From the IMG/VR virus record IMGVR_UViG_3300017771_003653, positions 1-63,656 of that record: a stretch of 63,656 bases of DNA. One strand, written 5' to 3'. The notes below the pieces were generated by a model. The model saw only the letters and a program-made list of their open reading frames with translations, was not told where the DNA came from and made no database searches. The position numbers and the translations under genes were made by a program. Shown piece after piece: positions 19,706 through 28,058 of this stretch. The stretch's first letter is position 1; the number at the start of each line of letters is the position of its first letter. This stretch comes from a virus. Its lineage: Duplodnaviria; Caudoviricetes.

Positions 19706-20401
19706 CTATATGTCATCCAAAGTTATATTTTTAGGTTTGTATAAATCCTTTGCTAATTGTGCTTTAAGCTGTTTTTTCATTTTTTCATTTTGCTGTTTCA
19801 AAAAAGCTTCATTGGATTCTTTAATTTGTTTCTCAACCTGTGGAGTGGTTGCATCTTTTGCTTCTTGCGTAACAAACTTGCTAATATACTCGCTTGGCCA
19901 ATCATAATCCCTATCTCTAAAAACTGATGATCTTTTTAATATATCCCAGCTAAATGTTCTATAAATTGAATTCTTTTCTAAAACTACTTTTAATTTGCTA
20001 TAACTTTTTTTTGCATTGCCTCGTGATAAATTAATTCTGTAGGCTTGGTCACCTATTGCATACTTTTCTGTTCCTGTTCTTTTTAACCCTAGATTTCTTT
20101 GCTCTTGATATGAAGAGTCATCTTCACTAGTCATTAATATTGCAGGTCCTAGTTGTTTAAATATTTTTTTTGCCTCTTCAGGTCTAATTTTTCTATTCCC
20201 TCTAGGTCTTGGAATAGCATCAAGTTGAAGTGCGTGTATTAGTCTTATTTTTTTACCATCGTTTCGAAGATACATGTGTCTCATATTCAGTATCAGGCAT
20301 GTCCTATTTCTACTTTTAGCATCTTTCTTCTTGCCCTTGTAACGAAAATTTACTATTTCGCCTTCTAAAATACCACCCCACTGTGTTCTTTGCTTAGCCA
20401 T
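19706..20401 (-). CDS. Hypothetical protein (basic)
   Basis: 231 aa ORF in operon. Confidence 0.55.
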   Translation of the reverse strand: MAKQRTQWGGILEGEIVNFRYKGKKKDAKSRNRTCLILNMRHMYLRNDGKKIRLIHALQLDAIPRPRGNRKIRPEEAKKIFKQLGPAILMTSEDDSSYQEQRNLGLKRTGTEKYAIGDQAYRINLSRGNAKKSYSKLKVVLEKNSIYRTFSWDILKRSSVFRDRDYDWPSEYISKFVTQEAKDATTPQVEKQIKESNEAFLKQQNEKMKKQLKAQLAKDLYKPKNITLDDI

Positions 20402-20828
20402 CTGTTATGTCTTTTGCTATTCCCATTTCTTTGCAAGCATCTAAAAATGTATTATAAGTACTTGCATTTTCTGTGTCTAGCATTGATGAATAGTTCGGCA
20501 TTGCTTCTCTCTTCTCTTCAGGTATAGGGATAGTTTTGGCATATTTCCATTGCCACTCATCTTCTGTTCCTTCTGGATAAATAATACCCAGCTTGCCCAT
20601 ATTGACAACAGAAGGACGCCACCAAATACCTTTTTCTTCGTCAAATTTTTTCAACTTATTAATTAAGATAGTACCGTCCTGTTCCATTTTATCTTCATTG
20701 TCTTTTGTAAATCTAGAATCACTCATAAATCCGCAATTAAAACACATATAGCTGCTATACTCTTCCTGCATTTCTTCGAAACAATGGTGTTCACTATTAC
20801 ATATCGGACACTTAATTACTCGTTCCAT
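20394..20828 (-). CDS. Hypothetical protein with Zn-ribbon
   Basis: CPIC...CFNCG. Confidence 0.55.
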   Translation of the reverse strand: MERVIKCPICNSEHHCFEEMQEEYSSYMCFNCGFMSDSRFTKDNEDKMEQDGTILINKLKKFDEEKGIWWRPSVVNMGKLGIIYPEGTEDEWQWKYAKTIPIPEEKREAMPNYSSMLDTENASTYNTFLDACKEMGIAKDITDG

Positions 20829-22099
20829 TATATTTTCTCCAATTTAGGAACATTTAGCTTTGGAAGTTTAACACCTACAGTCTCTGTAAATGCTGGCAAG
20901 TGCTGATTTAATATGTTACCCAGCAGCTCTGTCATTTTCTTTAAGCTAAATTTATTTCTGTTTGATCTAGATAGTTTTCCTGCTAGCTTCTTGTACTGAT
21001 TGTAGTTCTTTTTAGTTTCTTTCATAGCTAATCCAGCTTTTTGAATATCTACTTGAAACCATTGTTGTTCTTGAACCCATATTCCTTCTTGGAAACCACC
21101 TTCAGGAACTGGGATTAGATTACCTTCAAGTAATCTTGTATATTTAGGATTTAAGAAGTCAACATGACCACTCCAATTAGGAGCGATAACAGGCTTACCT
21201 GATAGTGATGCCTCTAGAAGTGGCCTTCCATATCCCTCACCGTGTGTAAAAGTTATATTTGCACTTACTTTTGGATGATTGTATAAATCATTCATTTCAG
21301 TATCATGAAGATCTCCGTGTAGCAAATAAACATTTGGGATGTCGTCATTAATAACAGATGTCCTAATATCATCTATTCTCCTTAACATATCTTCTCTGTC
21401 TAATCTAGATACGCTTGCTCCGCTAGATTTTAGTATAAGACCTGCACCTTGTTTCTTTTTAAATGTAGACATAAATGTTTTTACTAAGTTACCTACATCT
21501 TTCCTGTCCTGTCCTAAGTTTCCACCTAACCAGTGGCCGACAAATAGAAAGTTAAATTTTTCTTTTACATTGTCCATCTCTTTTTTAAGGTCTACAGAGC
21601 ATTCATTTGTTTTATGAAATATATTAGTGTCTGCACCTTCAAAAAATGTAACTATTGGTGTGGTTGCTGTGAGTGAAACACCGGTGTCATTATTCTTCCA
21701 TCCTGAGTTTCTCATTACATGTGCACCAAAATTAGAGCTGCATAAAACCAAATTCATTCTGTTAATTCCTTCTATCCAGTTTGAAGGTATTATTGTTGCT
21801 TCTAATCCCGCAGTAATTCCTATATTATATTTTCCGATCGGCTGAAATTCATTCGGTATAACAATATGAATATGCACATCAGGAGTTCCTCTGTCCCAAG
21901 GCTTTATGCACTCAATTATTTTTTGATCGTTTGGATCATCTGAGTTCAATGCATTTTGTGCAGTTGCTCCCCACGGAAGAGCGTTTATTGTAACATCGTA
22001 TTTGTCTAAGCCTATTAGTGACCTAACAACATCTCTTGATCTTGCACCGTAACCTGACCTTGTTGCTACTGGTGCTGAAACTAAAACCGTTGGCTTCAT
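20828..22099 (-). CDS. GT4-like glycosyltransferase
   Basis: TRSGYG, FLFVGHW, RKDV, GEGYGRPLLEA..GKPVI. Confidence 0.8.
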   Translation of the reverse strand: MKPTVLVSAPVATRSGYGARSRDVVRSLIGLDKYDVTINALPWGATAQNALNSDDPNDQKIIECIKPWDRGTPDVHIHIVIPNEFQPIGKYNIGITAGLEATIIPSNWIEGINRMNLVLCSSNFGAHVMRNSGWKNNDTGVSLTATTPIVTFFEGADTNIFHKTNECSVDLKKEMDNVKEKFNFLFVGHWLGGNLGQDRKDVGNLVKTFMSTFKKKQGAGLILKSSGASVSRLDREDMLRRIDDIRTSVINDDIPNVYLLHGDLHDTEMNDLYNHPKVSANITFTHGEGYGRPLLEASLSGKPVIAPNWSGHVDFLNPKYTRLLEGNLIPVPEGGFQEGIWVQEQQWFQVDIQKAGLAMKETKKNYNQYKKLAGKLSRSNRNKFSLKKMTELLGNILNQHLPAFTETVGVKLPKLNVPKLEKI

Positions 22100-23583
22100 T
22101 ATATCTCCTTCGTCATAGTTAAACCATTTTCTTTGATAACTTTTCTTCTCCAGTCAGTTCCATTTACCACAACCATTCTAGGTATTGGTTTGAAATTGTC
22201 GATTGTTTGTAGAATATCATGTGTAAATCTCTTTGACATTTCTGATGCTGTAAAACCGTATTCCGGATTTATAACATACTCATATCCTGCTTTTCCTCTC
22301 GCTTTAAGTTTTTCACCTCTTTCAGACCAAGCATTTTTCATCTGTATTGCAACATCTTGCCAGTCTGGTCTGTCATCTGAAATATACGGCGTAGGGATTG
22401 ATCCTTGAATAGATCTACTAGTTGGCCATACTGGAAATGCCCATTCGCCATGATCTTTGTAACGACCATCATGATTAGATCCCCACTCAGTTGTGTAGTC
22501 TTCATGTGTTAAATGAGTCCCATCTTCTTTTTTAAAGCCACAGTAGTCCTGCATACCGCCAGACACGTTTACAATTATAGGATTTCCTACCATCAAACTC
22601 TCTGCACCAGAAAGTCCAAATCCTTCATTTGAACTTATTAGTATTCCAACATCACCGATATTATAAAGAATATTCATTACTTCTCTATCATACTTTGTTG
22701 TTGAAAATATCACATCGTGTCCATTTCCGAGCTGTCTAACTACTTCAGGTAGATCTGTTCCGTTTTGGTCTGCAGGATCGCAGTGCATTAATAATGCACA
22801 TTTTTTAGCCTGTTCTTCTGTTAAAGAGTCACAAAATGCTCTGTACGCGTATACAATATCAGCAGGTAGTTTTCTCCTGATATTTCTTGCATTATAAAAT
22901 ATTACAAAGTCTTTTTCTTCACCTTTGAATATCTGTTCTTTTAATTCTGCTTTTGCTTTTTGTAATTTTTCATCACCTTCTGGAATTGGAAAGTAGTCTT
23001 GTTCACTTATTCCGTGAGGAATATAAGTAACTTGCCAATCTTCATATGAAGTCCTAACATTCTTAACAATATTAACTGTTTGCTTTGATATATTAAAAAG
23101 TGCATCTACAGAATCATAATACTTCTGATTCCATATTGGGTAAGGTAAATCATCCCAGATGTTGTAGTACATAATAGGAAGATGTGACCTGATCTCATGT
23201 TCCATCTGAAACAGCCATTCCCAGAATCTTGGGTCTGTATAGATCATTAATCCTTCTATTTCTGGATGTGCATTGAGAACCTGTCTTACAAGCTGTGGAC
23301 TTCCGTAACCACTGCAAGGATACATCCTTACAAAAGCACCTGGTACACCTGTTCTTTGTTGTGTATCTGCATCTAGATCAATTGCTTTTCCTTCATCAGG
23401 ATGCGTTATTGCACCGCCTATCTGTACCCAGTTAAAATGGTGTACTGTTCCCATAACAAACTCTTTAGACATGTTTCCTACACCTGAGGGCATTCTTAAA
23501 TCATCACTCAGTAGCAGAATTGTTTTCCGCTTGTTTGCTGGGAGGACTTCGTATCCGTTACGAATATCTCCTATCTTTAACAT
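22099..23583 (-). CDS. GT4-like glycosyltransferase
   Basis: SDDLRMPSGVG, IPHGI, RNIRRK, NEGFGLSGAESL..GNPII. Confidence 0.8.
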   Translation of the reverse strand: MLKIGDIRNGYEVLPANKRKTILLLSDDLRMPSGVGNMSKEFVMGTVHHFNWVQIGGAITHPDEGKAIDLDADTQQRTGVPGAFVRMYPCSGYGSPQLVRQVLNAHPEIEGLMIYTDPRFWEWLFQMEHEIRSHLPIMYYNIWDDLPYPIWNQKYYDSVDALFNISKQTVNIVKNVRTSYEDWQVTYIPHGISEQDYFPIPEGDEKLQKAKAELKEQIFKGEEKDFVIFYNARNIRRKLPADIVYAYRAFCDSLTEEQAKKCALLMHCDPADQNGTDLPEVVRQLGNGHDVIFSTTKYDREVMNILYNIGDVGILISSNEGFGLSGAESLMVGNPIIVNVSGGMQDYCGFKKEDGTHLTHEDYTTEWGSNHDGRYKDHGEWAFPVWPTSRSIQGSIPTPYISDDRPDWQDVAIQMKNAWSERGEKLKARGKAGYEYVINPEYGFTASEMSKRFTHDILQTIDNFKPIPRMVVVNGTDWRRKVIKENGLTMTKEI

Positions 23584-23594
23584 TTAAACTCCTA

Positions 23595-23798
23595 TCAATA
23601 ACCGTTTTTGTAATTTTCTTTTAACTCTTCTGTGGATTTGATTTTACTTGCGAAATCTTCGTCATTTAAGTAAAGCCACATTGCTCTATTAACTAATTTC
23701 TGAAGTGTAACATTTTCCATTCGTCCTTTGTTTTTGAATCCGTTGTAAACTTCAGTTAATAACTTAATAGATGTGAGCCTCCAAATATCAATACTCAT
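23595..23798 (-). CDS. Small putative ribbon-helix-helix DNA-binding protein
   Basis: LTSIKL strand followed by two helices (TLQKLVNRAMWLY). Confidence 0.45.
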   Translation of the reverse strand: MSIDIWRLTSIKLLTEVYNGFKNKGRMENVTLQKLVNRAMWLYLNDEDFASKIKSTEELKENYKNGY

Positions 23799-23849
23799 AC
23801 TTATTTCCTTTGTTGTATATACTATATATATCGTGTAAAAGTGGAAAGA

Positions 23850-24296
23850 TTATTTTTTATTGTAGTCAAAGTCGATAGAATCATTTCTTTTTTGCTTCTT
23901 ATTAGAAGTTACTTGTTCTTCGTTCTTTGACCTCATAAATCTAAAATGATCAATGATAAAATTCATTGACATTATAACATTTGTAGGTGCAGGCGCATTA
24001 CATGCAAACCTATATCTTCTTATATGTGCAATATCAGCAGGTGTGAAAGAATCTAAAAATACACTCTCAGACTTTGCTTTTTCCCATAGTTTAACAGTTG
24101 TCTTTAACTGCAAACTATCAGCATGCTTATCTGCTGATGCTGCTATTTGTTTTAAACTTTTTGAGTCTGACCCATGAAAACAGATCATAAATTCTCTTGC
24201 GCAAGCTTTCTTTGCTTCTTTTATATTATTCCATATAGCACTTTCATATTCTGTGCCTATAAAATCTTCGCCATTTATTCTAACTATTGGTATCAT
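23850..24296 (-). CDS. Hypothetical protein
   Basis: 148 aa ORF in operon. Confidence 0.55.
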   Translation of the reverse strand: MIPIVRINGEDFIGTEYESAIWNNIKEAKKACAREFMICFHGSDSKSLKQIAASADKHADSLQLKTTVKLWEKAKSESVFLDSFTPADIAHIRRYRFACNAPAPTNVIMSMNFIIDHFRFMRSKNEEQVTSNKKQKRNDSIDFDYNKK

Positions 24297-25173
24297 TTCT
24301 TCCCCTTATCACATATTTCTGGTGATTTAGCAAATTCACACCATTTACATTTTGTGTTTACACCAAGCTTTTCATATGTTGCTTCTGTCTTGTAACTTCC
24401 ATCTTCATTGAAACATTCATTAATAAATAGGTCAACTTGTTTAAAAATTCTATTAATTGACACACCTGCTGAAGGAGGTTCAAATCTCTGTATCCACTTT
24501 ACTGCCAGTCGCCTTTGTCCCATACAATCCTTTTAATGATTATAAACTCCACGTCAACCATAGATATGTCTACATTATACTTATCAGCAATAAACTTCTT
24601 ATAAAATAATAGCTGGCCTCGCTTCATAGGATCTGTCTTTTCTTTTTTCCATCCCATAGTAGAAGTTTTAAGATCAATTACTTTTATCTTTCCTGACTTT
24701 GTATTACGCATAAGAACATCAATATAACCTAACACTCCTACACTTTTGTATTTGTCTTCTATCGGAACCTCAATTCCTAATAATTCCCAGTTCTTTTTTG
24801 CAAAATAACTAGCTCTATTCTTCTTAAACCAGTCCAGAGCTTTTGCACCCTGTACACAGAATTCAGTTAATTGTGACTGTGTGGAGAAATGCTTTCCATC
24901 TGCATTCTTAACGCCTTCACTATAAAAATGCTTTAATTTGTCTACGAGCATATTTGGCATGTCTATTTCATCAGCTTTTTTAATTGAGTCTTCATACATT
25001 ACCGTCAAATAATGTTGTAAAACTTCATGTACTGCTTTTCCGTAAACTGTGTAAATAGAGTCTGTAAACTTTCTATTCTTATCAATATAATTTAGTTTCC
25101 ATTTAAATGGACACTGTGTATAGATTTGTACTTGAGACCAACTTATTTTGTTCATGATTGTACCTTTATTCAT
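24293..25173 (-). CDS. PD-(D/E)XK (RecB/Cas4-like) nuclease, split by a frameshift near 24505
   Basis: ISWSQ..QCP, YGKAVHE, GYIDVL, VIDLKTS in the first ORF; CKWCEF...C in the overlapping ORF 24293..24523. Confidence 0.75.
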
Positions 25174-25178
25174 GATAG

Positions 25179-25217
25179 AATCTAAGCCTTTTTCGTGTTA
25201 ATGTAAAGGACTTTTTT
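25179..25217 (-). promoter_or_regulatory. Putative early promoter (class A, copy 2)
   Basis: AAAAAAGTCC-TTTACA-N17-TAGATT. Confidence 0.65.
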
Positions 25218-25450
25218 CATAAACTTATAGATTCTGAATAGCAAGTCTCATTACAATAGTGCTTTATAGAGCATTTTTCAGAACCCCTTCTATCAGCCCT
25301 TAGTTCTTTTTCTTTTTTAGGCGGTTGAATTTCAAAACTAAAACCCTGAGGAGGAACAACAGTCCTTGTGTAAGGCAGCCATGCCATCTTTCCGCAACTT
25401 TGACATTTTCTCCTAATTTGTGGTCTTTTGTATTTTCTGGGTCTTCCCAT
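25217..25450 (-). CDS. Small Zn-finger-like protein
   Basis: CQSCG ... CSIKHYCNETC, basic N-terminus. Confidence 0.5.
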   Translation of the reverse strand: MGRPRKYKRPQIRRKCQSCGKMAWLPYTRTVVPPQGFSFEIQPPKKEKELRADRRGSEKCSIKHYCNETCYSESISL

Positions 25451-25725
25451 TATAACTGTCTCCTTGATTTTTGTACTACATAATCGTAGTGGTTTTTGTT
25501 TGAATTATATAATGCTTGAACATCTTCAAATTGAAAATGCTTCTTGCAGTAAAGTGTCTTTTTATCTAAATGATATAATAGTGGAAATTCATTATAGTCA
25601 TGTTGTGATTTTCTCTGGTCTACAAGCAAAAAGCTTTTTGCATCTGCATGTGCACATGTAATTTGTGTTAGTATAAAAGCCAAACAGCAAAACTGGAATA
25701 TTAACGTGGGTATGTATCTATTCAC
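25450..25725 (-). CDS. Hypothetical protein with possible signal peptide
   Basis: Hydrophobic N-terminus ending CAHA. Confidence 0.45.
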   Translation of the reverse strand: MNRYIPTLIFQFCCLAFILTQITCAHADAKSFLLVDQRKSQHDYNEFPLLYHLDKKTLYCKKHFQFEDVQALYNSNKNHYDYVVQKSRRQL

Positions 25726-25867
25726 TTCTTTGGCTAAGCTTTCGAAGCTTATAAGTACGCGCTTCTTTTTCTTTTGTCAAAACATAATCTCTAACTTGTT
25801 TACCTAGCATCATATCATTTGGATATTTGCTTACTAGTTCTTTAATCTTCTCATACTGTGTATTCAT
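25718..25867 (-). CDS. Small hypothetical protein (49 aa)
   Basis: MNTQYEKIKELVSKYPNDMMLGKQVR...; overlaps both neighbours. Confidence 0.45.
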   Translation of the reverse strand: MNTQYEKIKELVSKYPNDMMLGKQVRDYVLTKEKEARTYKLRKLSQRSE

Positions 25868-25968
25868 CTGTCTCTAAATTTTCCTTCGATTTTATCTGCT
25901 ATCCAATCAACTACATCTGTAGAAACTGCTAACAGACAGATTCCTAATGCCCATAATAATCCTTCCAC
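25864..25968 (-). CDS. Small hydrophobic peptide (34 aa, GTG start)
   Basis: Fills the gap with start/stop overlaps; LLWALGICLLAV. Confidence 0.3.
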   Translation of the reverse strand: MEGLLWALGICLLAVSTDVVDWIADKIEGKFRDR

Positions 25969-26333
25969 TACTTACCCCACTTTCCTCTTGCAACAATTGC
26001 TGCCATAATACCGTAATTTGATACATCAAGGTAAGCATCTTCCATAGATTCTTCAACAGCAGCTTTTCTTCCTCCCAGCAACAGTGTTTTTAGCCTTTGT
26101 ATTTTATCGTTCATTCTAAACCATAATCCTGTCAGAGATAAGTTAATTTCATCTTTTGTTGCCAATTGTGTTCCAACTGAAATATTCCCTGGACCGTAAT
26201 CATGTTGCTTCTTGCAGAATAAATCAAATTGTTGTTTTTGAATTATTTTAAATTCTGCTATCATTTTAGGATATGCTTGTTCTAGAACTGATTCTGCATC
26301 AGCCATTGTCATATCATTTTCTGTAACACTCAT
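25968..26333 (-). CDS. DUF1599 / nucleotide-modification-associated domain protein
   Basis: KKQHDYG, RMNDKIQRL, EDAYLDVSNY. Confidence 0.75.
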   Translation of the reverse strand: MSVTENDMTMADAESVLEQAYPKMIAEFKIIQKQQFDLFCKKQHDYGPGNISVGTQLATKDEINLSLTGLWFRMNDKIQRLKTLLLGGRKAAVEESMEDAYLDVSNYGIMAAIVARGKWGK

Positions 26334-26342
26334 TATAACTCC

Positions 26343-26780
26343 TTATAAGCTCTCACAACTTATGTTATTATCGTTTAAAAACTTTATTCCTTCTATAATT
26401 CTGTATTCATCAATATACCAGACTTCTTTTATCCCTGATGCAACTATTAATTTTGCACAGTCAATACAGGGAGAAACTGATGTGTATAATACAGCATTTT
26501 TTGTTGATACACCACTTTGTGCTGCATAACCTATTGCATTAACTTCTGCATGTAATTCATTTAGAGGAGACCAGTCTTGATGACTTTTGTCATTTAGTGG
26601 TAATGCACCCCATTCATAAATGTGATCACAGTGCTGTTTTCCTGCCGGTACGCCATTCCATCCTGTAGATATTATCCTTCCGTCCCTTACAATTACACAT
26701 CCGACTTGTGTTGATGCGCATGTTGACATTACCTCTGTTCTTTTTAATATGTCAGTAAAATAACCTTTGTAATTTGGCAA
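26343..26780 (-). CDS. dCMP deaminase
   Basis: VGCVIV, STGWNG, HAEVNAI, SPCIDC Zn motif. Confidence 0.9.
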   Translation of the reverse strand: MPNYKGYFTDILKRTEVMSTCASTQVGCVIVRDGRIISTGWNGVPAGKQHCDHIYEWGALPLNDKSHQDWSPLNELHAEVNAIGYAAQSGVSTKNAVLYTSVSPCIDCAKLIVASGIKEVWYIDEYRIIEGIKFLNDNNISCESL

Positions 26781-26781
26781 T

Positions 26782-27144
26782 TTAGCCCTCTTTAAGTCTT
26801 TCTTCTACTTTTTTAGATTTATTTTTAAACATATTATAAACTTCATCGACTGTAAATCCGTTTACAATTATTAATCCTAAAAGAAACTTCATCACATCAA
26901 TACTTTCTTCTAAAAGTCTATCTCTTGCGTCTGTAGGTAGATTCATCTTTTTATGCATTTTCCAGTCAACCTCATTTAGTACTTCAGTTGATTCTGCTAT
27001 TAAAGCAAGTATGTATTCTTTATTCCACTTTACTAGCATGTGTTTATTATTTCTGACTTGCTTTAGTGTAAGATCTTGCTTTTCTTTAAAGAACTTTTCA
27101 GTAAATGCTTCTTGTATTTTGTAAATTTCTTCTAACTTATCCAT
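26782..27144 (-). CDS. All-alpha NTP pyrophosphatase (dimeric dUTPase/dCTPase or MazG-like)
   Basis: AESTEVLNEVDWK and EESID acidic metal-binding motifs. Confidence 0.75.
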   Translation of the reverse strand: MDKLEEIYKIQEAFTEKFFKEKQDLTLKQVRNNKHMLVKWNKEYILALIAESTEVLNEVDWKMHKKMNLPTDARDRLLEESIDVMKFLLGLIIVNGFTVDEVYNMFKNKSKKVEERLKEG

Positions 27145-28057
27145 CTTCTTCCTCTATTATGTGTGCAGAATGCATTGATATATCAAGAGACATTTCATCC
27201 TGATCTTCTATTTCTAAATGATTTTTTACGAACCTTGACATGTAAATTAAGAATTTTAAGTCAAATGAAAATGTATCGATTGTATTTGAAGATCTGCATG
27301 TTGCATAAAATGATAGTCTGTCCTTCCTAAACATTGTGTGGAACAAAGATATGCATGTTGGTTCTGTATGTATAAATCTTCTTGTTGTTATTGGTTTTTG
27401 TTTTGATTTATACTCATTCTTTCCATTTACTTCTTTGTCTATGTTTGTTATAACATCATTTAGAATTTGTTTATAATACTTGCCTTCTATTTCGTCATCC
27501 ATAACATCTTTAAGCAATTCAACATCATAGCTTTTTAAGTCTACTTGAAGTTTGACAGGATGTGCTTCATTATCTGATGCAGATGCTATTTCTGCAATAT
27601 CGTTTGCAATGCTATCTATATCTGATGTTTCACAGTCTGCTAGCCATGCGATACATAGTGCAGTTATCTCTTCTACTGATCCTTCTATATTTTCTAGCAA
27701 TCCCATAGTAGGATAATCAGAATATAGCTTTGCATTTTTCTTAAAAATCTCATAAAGCTCTATTAGAGACTTTTTATTTTGTTTGTCATCACCTCTCTTG
27801 TCGTATCTTTCAAGTATGACATCAAGTGGTGGTATTACAACAATCATTCTGTCATTTAAGTTTTGAAGCCTGTCTCTTAATCTTTTATGCCAAATATCAG
27901 TATTTCTACCGTACATTTCTGCGTAGCAAAGCATACTAAGTTCAGATCTGTCCTGTATGTTCCACCTATAACCTGTTGCTGAGTGTATTGCTTCAAAAAG
28001 AGTTGTTTTTCCAGATAAATCTGGACCTTCTAGTGTAACATTATTTAGTCTAAGCAT
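27137..28057 (-). CDS. dNMP kinase fused to a thymidylate-synthase-like domain
   Basis: EGPDLSGKTT P-loop and DRS; C-term RRFI..EPTCISLFH...CRSSN...FSFDL...HSAHI. Confidence 0.7.
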   Translation of the reverse strand: MLRLNNVTLEGPDLSGKTTLFEAIHSATGYRWNIQDRSELSMLCYAEMYGRNTDIWHKRLRDRLQNLNDRMIVVIPPLDVILERYDKRGDDKQNKKSLIELYEIFKKNAKLYSDYPTMGLLENIEGSVEEITALCIAWLADCETSDIDSIANDIAEIASASDNEAHPVKLQVDLKSYDVELLKDVMDDEIEGKYYKQILNDVITNIDKEVNGKNEYKSKQKPITTRRFIHTEPTCISLFHTMFRKDRLSFYATCRSSNTIDTFSFDLKFLIYMSRFVKNHLEIEDQDEMSLDISMHSAHIIEEEDG

Positions 28058-28058
28058 A

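Noticed and set aside
3633-23583. Bacterial O-antigen locus, implying the window is chromosomal
   Set aside because: Same strand, promoter motifs and gene packing as the phage modules; no wzx/wzy/wzz or housekeeping genes
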